Below, piece after piece: positions 38,945-51,000 of a stretch of 64,000 bases of DNA. The notes beneath the pieces were generated by a model. The model did not search any database. It was not told where the DNA came from and saw nothing but the letters and a program-made list of their open reading frames with translations. Every line of letters begins with the position of its first letter. Position 1 is the first letter of the stretch. Made by a program: the position numbers and the translations under genes. The stretch comes from Macrostomum hystrix (lineage: Eukaryota > Animalia > Platyhelminthes), in contig CATNEN010000037.1 of assembly GCA_950097015.1 (NCBI GenBank), positions 2,046,001-2,110,000 of the forward strand. The letters run 5' to 3'.

Positions 38945-40660
38945 ACGCTCCTCAACCACGGGTGACGCTTTTCCAACCTCCGGTGGCGCTCCCAAATCAC
39001 CGGTGGCGCTCCCAAAACGCTCCTTAAACAACAAGTGACGCTCCTAAAACATCAGGTGACGCTCCTCAAACAACAGGTGACGCTTCTTAAACAACAGGTG
39101 ACGCTCCTCAAACAACAGGTGACGCTTCTTAAACAACAGGTGACGCTCCTTAAACAACAGGTGACGCTCCTTAAACAACAGGTGACGCTCCTTAAACAAC
39201 AGGTGACACTCCTTAAACAACAGGTGACGCTCCTTAAACAGTAGGTGACGCTTCTTAAACATCAGGTGACGCTCCTTAAACAACAGGTGACGCTCCTCAA
39301 ACAACAGGTGACGCTTCTTAAACAACAGGTGACGCTTCAAAACAACAGGTGACGCTTCTTAAACAACAGGTGACGCTTCTTAAACAACAGGTGACGCTCC
39401 TTAAACAACAGGTGACACTCCATAAACAACAGGTGACACTCCTTAAACAACAAGTGACGCTCCTTAAACAACAGGTGACACTCCTTAAACAACAAGTGAC
39501 GCTCTTTAAACAACAAGTGACGCTCCTTAAACAAGTGACGCTCCTCAAACCACCGGTGACGTTCCCATCACCGGTGACGTTCCCATCACCGGTGACGCTC
39601 TTTAAACAACAGGTGACGCTCCTTAAACAATAGGTGACGCTCCTCAAACAACAGGTGACGCTTCTTAAACAACAGGTGACGCTCCTTAAACAACAGGTGA
39701 CACTCCTTAAACAACAAGTGACGCTCTTTAAACAACAAGTGACGCTCCTTAAACAAGTGACGCTCCTGAAACCACCGGTGACGTTCCCATCACCAGTGAC
39801 GTTCCCATCACCGGTGACGCTCTTTAAACAACAAGTGACGCTCTTTAAACAACAAGTGACGCTCTTTAAACAACAAGTGACGCTCTTTAAACAACAAGTG
39901 ACGCTCTTTAAACAACAAGTGACGCTCTTTAAACAACAAGTGACGCTCTTTAAACAACAAGTGACGCTCTTTAAACAACAAGTGACGCTCTTTAAACAAC
40001 AAGTGACGCTCTTTAAACAACAAGTGACGCTCTTTAAATAAGTGACGCAACTCAACCACCGGTGGCGCTCCCAAATCACCGGTGACGCTCTTTAAACAAC
40101 AAGTGACGCTACATAAACAGGTGACGCTCCTCAAACCACCGTGGCGTTCCCAAATCACTGGTGGCGTTCCCAAATCACTGGTGGCGTTCCCAAATCACTG
40201 GTGGCGTTCCCAAATCACTGGTGGCGCTCCCAAATCACTGGTGGCGCTCCCAAATCACTGGTGGCGCTCCCAAATCACTGGTGGCGTTCCCAAATCACCG
40301 GTGGCGTTCCCAAATCACTGGTGGCGCTCCCAAAACACTGGTGGCGTTCCCAAATCACTGGTGGCGTTCCCAAATCACTGGTGGCGCTCCCAAAACACTG
40401 GTGGCGCTCCCAAATCACTGGTGGCGTTCCCAAATCACTGGTGGCGTTCCCAAATCACTGGTGGCGTTCCCAAATCACTGGTGGCGTTCCCAAATCACCG
40501 GTGGCGTTCCCAAAACACTGGTGGCGTTCCCAAATCACTGGTGGCGCTCCCAAATCACTGGTGGCGCTCCCAAATCACTGGTGGCGCTCCCAAATCACTG
40601 GTGGCGCTCCCACATCACTGGTGGCGTTCCCAAATCACTGGTGGCGCTCCCACATCTTTG
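38945..40660. repeat. Compound array: 21-bp GTGACGCTCCTTAAACAACAG (to ~40140), then 20-bp GTGGCGTTCCCAAATCACTG
   Basis: Direct reading; chimeric units GGTGACGTTCCCATCACC occur in the first block. Confidence 0.95.
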
Positions 40661-41287
40661 GTAGCGCCTCGTAGGATGCTGACCTTCCAAATCGGAAATA
40701 CTAGCTACACTCGCTGTATAAACCAAATAGAAATTGGAAGCATTTTGTTTGCCAGTAAATCAGGAGATCATTTCGGTTCTCACAGCAAGAATCTGTTTTA
40801 TTCCCATGAGATCCCATGTTTCACAGATTTACTTCATTTTCCCCTGTAGTCGAGGCGTCCCGGTCAATTCTCCCAATTTGAGTGAACTCTCGCCTCGACT
40901 TCCCTTTCAGATTCCATCCGGGCAGCAGCAACCGCATAGTTATGTCTTTCATTATGCATTCGTTCTGATGAATGCGGAGAAGGTTGAAAAATTCTAGATT
41001 CTTCTATCCATTGCTGATTTCTATACAAATCAACAACTCAGATTATAGTCAAGAAGGATTCTGTTCATATTCTCATTCTTATTCACTAACCATTTTTTTA
41101 TTTCTCATTCTGCAAACAACAAATAGCTTATATTGCACATTCCCTCGACTGTAATTCGGGGGATTCAACTGCAATTTAGTCCACAAACTTATCCAACTAG
41201 ACCAAATTGAGGAACATAAGTTCTGGGAAAGTACTGTTCAGGGCATGCGCAATAATGGGAATTCGTTGTTTATGGAATGTGAAGCTT

Positions 41288-42318
41288 TGGGAATGTGCAG
41301 CTTAGGGAATGTGCAGCTTAGGGAATGTGCAGCTTAGGGAATATGTAGCTTAGGGAATGTGCAATTTAGGGAATGTGCAGCTTAGGGAATGTGTAGTTTA
41401 GGGAATGTGCAATTTAGGGAATGTGTAGCTTAGGGAATATGTAGTTTAGGGAATGTGCAACTTAGGAAATGTGCAGCTCAAGGAATGTGTAGCATAAGGA
41501 ATGTGCAGCTCAAAGAATCTGTAGCTTAGGGAATGTGCAGTTTAGGGAATGTGCCGTTGAGGGAATGTGCAGTTTAGGGAATGTTTAGCTTAGGGAATGT
41601 GCAATTTAGGGAATGTGCCGTTGAGGGAATGTGCAGTTTAGGGAATGTGCCGTTGAGGGAATGTGCAGTTTAGGGAATGTTTAGCTTAGGGAATGTGCAA
41701 CTTAGGAAATGTGCAGCTCAAGGAATGTGTAGCTTAGGGAATGTGCAGTTTAGGGAATGTGCCGTTGAGGGAATGTGCAGTTTAGGGAATGTTTAGCTTA
41801 GGGAATGTGCAATTTAGGGAATGTGCCGTTGAGGGAATGTGCAGTTTAGGGAATGTGCCGTTGAGGGAATGTGCAGTTTAGGGAATGTTTAGCTTAGGGA
41901 ATGTGCAATTTAGGGAATGTGCCGTTGAGGGAATGTGCAGTTTAGGGAATGTGCCGTTGAGGGAATGTGCAGTTTAGGGAATGTTTAGCTTAGGGAATGT
42001 GCAACTTAGGAAATGTGCAGCTCAAGGAATGTGTAGCTTAGGGAATATGAAATTTAGGGAATGTTTAGCTTAGGGAATGTGAAATTTAGGGAATGCTTAG
42101 CTTAGGGAATATGAAATTTAGGGAATGTTTAGCTTAGGGAATATGAAATTTAGGGAATGTTTAGCTTAGGGAATGTGAAATTTAGGGAATGCTTAGCTTA
42201 GGGAATGTGCAGCTCAACGAATGTGTAGCTTAGGGAATTTACAGTTTAGGGAATTTACAGTTTAGGGAATTTACAGTTTATGGGATTTTACAGTTTAGGG
42301 AATGTGCAGCTTAGGGAA
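41288..42318. repeat. 16-bp minisatellite (C/T)TTAGGGAATGTGCAG
   Basis: Period 16; most units contain TTAGGG. Confidence 0.95.
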
Positions 42319-42649
42319 CTGTTGGATTTCTAATTATAATTCTAATTCTAATTCTAATTTCAAAATTATTGTTTTAAGTACATTAGCACTGTAAAACTTA
42401 ATAAAAATTTTATAGGAAATGCAGAAACATTTTTGTTTCAGTTGTAAAGTAAGTTGTAAAGTACAGAACATGCAGCCCACGTTCCTGCTGACTAAACGCA
42501 AATTGATACAAGCGTCACATTATTCAAAGATTAGATTGCAAAAAAGTTTCAGCAATAACAAAATGATGATAAGGGCTTCAACAATCTATTTTACACTCAT
42601 TTAGTTAGACGGAATCTGAATAAATTATCCTGAATTAAATCTGAATAAT

Positions 42650-45600
42650 TCTGATGATTATCCTAGCTGCGATTCTGATGACTATCCCAGCTACGATTCT
42701 GATGATTAATCCCAGCTGCGATTCTGATGACTATCCCAGCTGCGATTCTGATGATTATCCCAGCTGCGATTCTGATGATTATCCTAGCTGCGATTCTGAT
42801 GATTATCCCAGCTGCGACTTCTGATGATTATCCCTAGCTGCGATTCTGATGATTATCCTAGCTGCGATTCTGATTATTATCCTAGCTGCGATTCTGATGA
42901 TTATCCCAGCTGCGATTCTGATGATTATCCCAGCTGCGACTTCTGATGATTATCCCAGCTGCGATTCTGATGATTATCCCAGCTGCGATTCTGATGATTA
43001 TCCTAGCTGCGATTCTGATGATTATCCCTAGCTGCGACTTCTGATGATTATCCCAGCTGCACTTCTGATGATTATCCCTAGCTGCGATTCTGATGATTAT
43101 CCTAGCTGCGATTCTGATGATTATCCCAGCTGCGATTCTGATGATTATCCCAGCTGCGATTCTGATGATTATCCCAGCTGCGATTCTGATGATTATCCCA
43201 GCTGCGATTCTGATGATTATCCCAGCTGCGATTCTGATGATTATCCCAGCTGCGATTCTGATGATTATCCTAGCTGCGATTCTGATGATTATCCTAGCTG
43301 CGATTCTGATGATTATCCCAGCTGCGATTCTGATGATTATCCCAGCTGCGATTCTGATGATTATCCTAGCTGCGATTCTGATGATTATCCCAGCTGCGAT
43401 TCTGATGATTATCCTAGCTGCGATTCTGATGATTATCCCAGCTGCGATTCTGATGATTATCCCAGCTGCGATTCTGATGATTATCCCAGCTGCGATTCTG
43501 ATGATTATCCCAGCTGCGATTCTGATGATTATCCAGCTGCGATTCTGATGATTATCCCAGCTGCGATTCTGATGATTATCCCAGCTGCGATTCTGATGAT
43601 TATCCCAGCTGCGATTCTGATGATTATCCCAGCTGCGATTCTGATGATTATCCTAGCTGCGATTCTGATGATTAACCCAGCTACGATTCTGATGATTATC
43701 CCAGCTGCGTTCTGATGATAATTCCAGCTGCGATTCTGATGATAATCCCAGCTGCGATTCTGATGATAATCCCAGCTGCGATTCTGATGATTATCCCAGC
43801 TGTGATTCTGATGATTATCCTAGCTGCGATTCTGATGATTATCCTAGCTGCGATTCTGATGATTTAACCCAGCTACGATTTTTATGATTATCCCAGCTGC
43901 GATTCTGATGATTATCCCAGCTGCGACTCTGATGATTATCCCAGCTGCGATTCTGATGATTATCCCAGCTGCGATTCTGATGATTATCCCAGCTGCGATT
44001 CTGATGATTATCCTAGCTGCGATTCTGATGATTATCCCAGCTGCGATTCTGATGATTATCCCAGCTGCGACTCTGATGATTATCCCAGCTGCGATTCTGA
44101 TGATTATCCCAGCTGCGATTCTGATGATTATCCTAGCTGCGATTCTGATGATTATCCCAGCTGCGATTCTGATGGTTATCCCAGCTGTGATTCTGATGAT
44201 TATCCTAGCTGCGATTCTGATGATTTAACCCAGCTACGATTTTTATGATTATCCCAGCTACGATTCTGATGATTATCCCAGCTGCGATTCTGATGGTTAT
44301 CCCAGCTGTGATTCTGATGATTATCCTAGCTGCGATTCTGATGATTTAACCCAGCTACGATTTTATGATTATCCCAGCTACGATTCTGATGATTATCCCA
44401 GCTGCGATTCTGATGATTATCCCAGCTGCGATTCTGATGATTATCCCAGCTGCGATTCTGATGATTATCCCAGCTGCGATTCTGATGATTATCCCAGCTG
44501 CGATTCTGATGATTATCCCAGCTGCGATTCTGATGATTATCCCAGCTGCGATTCTGATGATTATCCCAGCTGCGATTCTGATGATTATCCCAGCTGCGAT
44601 TCTGATGATTATCCCAGCTGCGATTCTGATGATTATCCTAGCTGCGATTCTGATGATTATCCCAGCTGCGATTCTGATGATTATCCCAGCTGCGATTCTG
44701 ATGATTATCCCAGCTGCGATTCTGATGATTATCCCAGCTGCGACTCTGATGATTATCCCAGCTGCGATTCTGATGATTATCCCAATTGCGTTCTGATGAT
44801 AATTCCAGCTGCGATTCTGATGATAATCCCAGCTGCGATTCTGATGATTATCCCAGCTGTGATTCTGATGATTATCCTAGCTGCGATTCTGATGATTTAA
44901 CCCAGCTACGATTTTTATGATTATCCCAGCTGCAATTCTAATGATTATCCCAGCTGCAATTCCGATGACTATCCTAGCTGCGATTCTGATGATTATCCCA
45001 GCTGCGATTCTAATGATTATCCCAGCTGCGATTCTAATGATTATCCCAGCTGCAATTCCGATGATTATCCTAGCTGCGATTCTGATGATTATCCCAGCTG
45101 CGATTCTAATGATTATCCCAGCTGCGATTCTAATGATTATCCCAGCTGCAATTCTAATGATTATCCCAGCTGCGATTCTGATGATTATCCTAGCTGCGAT
45201 TCTGATGATTATCCGAGCTGCGATTCTAATGATTATCCCAGCTGCAATTCTAATGATTATCCCAGCTGCAATTCTGATGATTATCCCAGCTGCGATTCTG
45301 ATGATTATCCCAGCTGCAATTCTGATGATTATCCCAGCTGCGATTCTGATGATTATCCCAGCTGCGATTCTGATGATTATCCCAGCTGCGATTCTGATGA
45401 TTATCCCAGCTGCGATTCTGATGATTATCCCAGCTGCGATTCTGATGATTATCCCAGCTGCGATTCTGATGATTATCCCAGCTGCAATTCTGATGATTAT
45501 CCCAGCTGCAATTCTGATGATTATCCTAGCTGCGATTCTGATGATTATCCCAGCTGCAATTCTGATGATTATCCTAGCTGCGATTCTGATGATTATCCCA

Positions 45601-46010
45601 GCTGCAATTCTTATGATTATCCCAGCTGCGATTCTGATGATTATCCCAGCTGCAATTCTGATGATTATCCCAGCTGCGATTCTGATGATTATCCCAGCTG
45701 TGATTCTGATGATTATCCTAGCTGCGATTCTGATGATTATCCTAGCTGCGATTCTGATGATTATCCCAGCTGCGATTCTGATGATTATCCCAGCTGCGAT
45801 TCTGATGACTATCCCAGCTGTGATTCTGATGATTATCCCAGCTGTGATTCTGATGATTATCCCAGCTGCGATTCTGATGATTATCCCAGCTGCGATTCTG
45901 ATGATTATCCTAGCTGCGATTCTGATGATTATCCCAGCTGCGATTCTGATGATTAACCCAGCTGCGATTCTGATGAATATCCCAGCTGCGATTCTGATGA
46001 TTATCCCAGC
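42650..46010. repeat. 24-bp satellite GATTATCCCAGCTGCGATTCTGAT, about 3.4 kb
   Basis: Period 24 (44401 to 44425); about 140 units. Confidence 0.98.
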
Positions 46011-46685
46011 AACAAGAAAGTGAAGGATTTTTTTATTATAGCTCGTACTACTAAAAGAGGAAGTGGCAATTACTTTCGACCTCATACATCCAAAATAATT
46101 TAAAGAAATACCTGTGCCAAGGTCAAGGCCGTAAGAATATGACCCGAATGTTTCATATGCCTACTATAGCCAGTGAAACTAATGTACCATAGCTACAGAC
46201 TTACGCAAAAAATCAATAGAAAAACTAAACATCTACACTGCAGCTGTCAGCCCACCTAAAGCAACTGATTTACTGAACTAAATTCAATTATGCAATCTTC
46301 CACTCCAACTATAGGACTTGGTCAATACACACCGTAGGTTTTCAGTGCGGGCAACGAATTATATATTCGTATTACGAGTACATAGTAAGCGCAACAACAA
46401 GTAAAGCATTGGAGCGGATAGATAGCAAACCTGTACGAAAAAATACATATGCCCGCTTCATATTCAACTATAAGCTGGTTACGGCGCAGCAAAAACCACT
46501 GTAAACATGTCCGTTCAGTTTAAAGCGATTTCTGCGTCGAAGCCACGATGCCTACGGCAATGGATATTTATTCTTTTAGTCTGCTTATTCTAAAAAAGTA
46601 AATCGCAGCTTCACCCGCTTAGAAATAACAAAGCAGTGCGTCAGAACTGTTCAAATTACGAGCGTTAAAAGAACTACGAGTACAG

Positions 46686-47500
46686 ATCTGGATCTAGGGA
46701 CGTTACTTTGGGGATCTAGGTCTAGGGACATTAATTTTGGGATCTGGATCTAAGGATATTAATTTTGGATCTGGATCTACGGATATTAATTTGGAATGTA
46801 GAACTAGGGATAGTAATTTGGGGACCTAGATCTAAGGATAGTAATTTTGGATCTAGATCTAGGGACATTAATTTGGGATCTAGATCTAGGGATAGTAATT
46901 TTGGGATCTAGATCTAGGGACATTAATTTGGGGATCTAGGTCTAGGGACATTAATTTTGGAATCTAGATCTAAGGATAGTAATTTTGGATCTAGATCTAG
47001 GGACATTAAATTTGGATCTAGATCTAGGGATAGTAATTTGGGGATCTAGATCTAGGGACATTAATTTGGGGATCTAGGTCTAAGGGACATTAATTTTGGA
47101 TCTGGATCTACGGATATTAATTTGGAATGTAGAACTAGGGATAGTAATTTGGAATGTAGATCTAGGGATAGTAATTTTGGATCTAGATCTAGGGACATTA
47201 ATTTGGGATCTAGATCTAGGGACATTAGTTTGAGATCTAGATATAGGGATGGTAATTTGGGGATCAAGATCTAATGATAGTAATTTTGGATCTAGATCTA
47301 GGGATAGTAATTTGGGGATCTAGATCTAGGGACACTAATTTTGGATCTGGATCTAGGGATATTAGTTTGGGGATCTAGATCTAGGGACATTAATTTTGGA
47401 TCTGGATCTAGGGATAGCAATTTGGGGATCTGGATCTAGGGATTGTAATTTTGAGATTTTGATCTAGGGGTAGTAATTTGGGAAACTGCAACTAAAGCCA
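46686..47500. repeat. Degenerate ~27-29-bp GGATCTAGATCTAGGGA(C/T)A..AATTT repeat
   Basis: Direct reading. Confidence 0.9.
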
Positions 47501-47992
47501 TTAAATTGGAGATCTAGATCTGGGAATAGTCACTTAGAGATTTGGATCTAAAGATTATCAACCACTTAAATGCTTCACTTTCCTAGCATAGAATCAGTTT
47601 TTACTTTTTAAAAGAAACAAGTCAATAAAGATGAGATAGCATGTTAAAAGATTGAAACTATAACCAAATAATATTATTGTATATTATTATAATTATTATG
47701 ATACTAAATTGCAGATAAATTTGATTACGAAATTCACCGTCGTATATATAGGTTGCAAAAACATTATCTATGATACAAAACGTAGGAAATGTGAAGGAAC
47801 AAGCACATGCCCATAAATACTCGTAGAATTTCACTAAACGAAACTGACTACTCACACACTGGGTCACGCGCGCGTAAGTAGTCAGTAGTAATAAAGGCAT
47901 ATTAGCGTCGAAAAAATTCAGACTAAAAAATATTTCGATACGAGAAAATTAAGCGCAGGCGGGCAGGAGAGTGAAAGGAAAAACCAGTTTAA

Positions 47993-48096
47993 TCAGCCGC
48001 TGGAGCTAAATTTGCCTTTTTTGAGATCCTCTGTTAGCTTGTGAAACATCAGCTCCATGCAGGTCCGGGCGTCCTCGCTTGAGTCGTGACCGGCAT
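47993..48096 (-). CDS. REXO1: REXO1 last coding exon
   Basis: ccacag acceptor (phase 1); [22 protein letters not shown]. Confidence 0.92.
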
Positions 48097-51000
48097 CTGT
48101 GGATTCAAGAATTTTGGCTATGTCAAACAGTTGCTGCAGCTATGTCAGACTTTTAGACTATAGATTGAGAATGTCAGACACATTGAGAATGTCAGACTAC
48201 AGATTGAGAATGTCAGACCATAGATTGAGAATGTCAGACTTTAGTTTGAGAATGTCAGACCATAGATTGAGAATGTCAGACTACAGATTGAGAATGTCAG
48301 ACTACAGATTGAGAATGTCAGACTACAGATTGAGAATGTCAGACTACAGATTGAGAATGTCAGACTATATATTGAGAATATCAGACTTTAGTTTGAGAAT
48401 GTCACTGTATATTGAGAGAGAATGTCAGATAATAGATTGAGAATGTCAGACCATAGATTGAGAATTTCAGGCCATAGATTGAGAATGTCAGGCCATAGAT
48501 TGAGAATGTCCGACTACACATTGAGAATGTCAGAAATATTGAGAATGTCAGACCATAGTTTGAGAATGTCAGGCCATAGATTGAGAATGTCAGACTACAG
48601 ATTGAGAATGTCAGACCATAGATTGAGAATGTCAGACTACAGATTGAGAATGTCAGACTACAGATTGAGAATGTCAGACTACAGATTGAGAATGTCAGAC
48701 TACAGATTGAGAATGTCAGACTACAGATTGAGAATGTCAGACTACAGATTGAGAATGTCAGACTATATATTGAGAATATCAGACTTTAGTTTGAGAATGT
48801 CACTGTATATTGAGAAAGAATGTCAGATCATAGATTGAGAATGTCAGACCATAGATTGAGAATTTCAGGCCATAGATTGAGAATGTCAGGCCATAGATTG
48901 AGAATGTCCGACTACACATTGAGAATGTCAGAAATGTTGAGAATGTCAGACCATAGTTTGAGAATGTCAGGCCATAGATTGAGAATGTCAGACTACAGAT
49001 TGAGAATGTCAGACTACAGATTGAGAATGTCAGACTACAGATTGAGAATGTCAGACTACAGATTGAGAATGTCAGACTACAGATTGAGAATGTCAGACTA
49101 CAGATTGAGAATGTCAGACTACAGATTGAGAATGTCAGACTACAGATTGAGAATGTCAGACTATATATTGAGAATATAAGACTTTAGTTTGAGAATGTCA
49201 CTGTATATTGAGAGAGAATGTCAGATCATAGATTGAGAATGTCAGACCATAGATTGAGAATTTCAGGCCATAGATTGAGAATGTCAGGCCATAGATTGAG
49301 AATGTCCGACTACACATTGAGAATGTCAGAAATATTGAGAATGTCAGACCATAGTTTGAGAATGTCAGGCCATAGATTGAGAATGTCAGACTACAGATTG
49401 AGAATGTCAGACCATAGATTGAGAATGTCAGACTACAGATTGAGAATGTCAGACTACAGATTGAGAATGTCAGACTACAGATTGAGAATGTCAGACCATA
49501 TATTGAGAATATCAGACTTTAGTTTGAGAATGTCACTGTATATTGAGAGAGAATGTCTGACCATAGATTGAGAATGTCAGACCATAGATTGAGAATTTCA
49601 GGCCATAGATTGAGAATGTCAGACCACAGATTGAGAATGTCAGGCCAAAGATTGAGAATGTCAGACTAGACATTGAGAATGTCAGAAATATTGAGAATGT
49701 CAGACTACAGATTGAGAATGTCAGACTACACATTGAGAATGTCAGACTACAGATTGAGAATGTCAGGCCATATATTGAGAATGTCAGACTTTAGTTTGAG
49801 AATGTCAGACTGTATATTGAGAATGGCAGACTGTATATTGAGAATGGCAGACTGTATATTGAGAATGTCAGACTGTATATTGAGAATGTCAGACTGTATA
49901 TTGAGAATGGCAGACTGTATATTGAGAATGTCAGACCATAGATTGAGAATGTCAGGCCATAGATTGAGAATGTCAGACTACACATTGAGAATGTCAGACT
50001 ATAGATTGAGAATGTCAGACTGTATATTGATAATGTCAGACCATAGATTGAGAATGTCAGACTATAGATTGAGAATGTCAGACTATAGAATGAGAATGTC
50101 AGACTGGATATTGATAATGTCAGACCATAGATTGAGAATGTGAGACTATAGATTGAGAATGTCAGACTGTATATTGAGAATGTCAGACCATAGATTGAGA
50201 ATGTGAGACCATAGATTGAGAATGTCAGACTATAGATTGAGAATGTCAGACTGGATATTGATAATGTCAGACCATAGATTGAGAATGTGAGACTATAGAT
50301 TGAGAATGTCAGACTGTATATTGATAATGTCAGACCATAGATTGAGAACGTCAGACTATAGATTGAGAATGTCAGACTGTATATTGAGAATGTCAGACCA
50401 TAGATTGAGAATGTCAGGCCATAGATTGAGAATGTCAGGCCATAGATTGAGAATGTCAGACTATAGATTGAGAATGTCAGACTGTATATTGAGAATGTCA
50501 GACTCAAGATTTGAGATCATTTATATATTTCTCAAACAAAAATGGCCAAAAATGCAATGAAAAACTGACCACCGCCAGCTTGAATAATCTTGTTGAGTAT
50601 TTCGCTAGCTAGATTTCTCAGCGCACGCTTCTTAGGCAAGCCCTGTCGGTGAGGAAACACTATGCTAGTGTCTACAACTGTGGGGTGTCGCAATTTCAAC
50701 ACCTGCAGATCGCTCTCTAGACTGTGGCCAATCAGAATGCAAGTTGAATAGAACATTTTTAACAGTTCGTCTTGCACATCGGCAAGCTGGTGCTGAGCTA
50801 AGGCTAGCTGATCTTCGCGCAAACCGGAGAATCTAGTATTGCAATCCACAATGGCAGCTGATGGTCGCACAATGCGATCGTACACAACTTTCAAGCTGCG
50901 ATCGATAACGGTGACCCGGGCCAACTCTTTGCCGGCGTCAGTGTAGATCATTTCGCAGTCTAGGGCGAAAACTGCTCTGCGCTGCTTCTTGGAGACGGTC

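Noticed and set aside
34643-46085. Repeat-protein ORFs ([38 protein letters not shown])
   Set aside because: Several frames and both strands are open because the units lack stops; there are no unique flanking coding segments or supporting splice structure.
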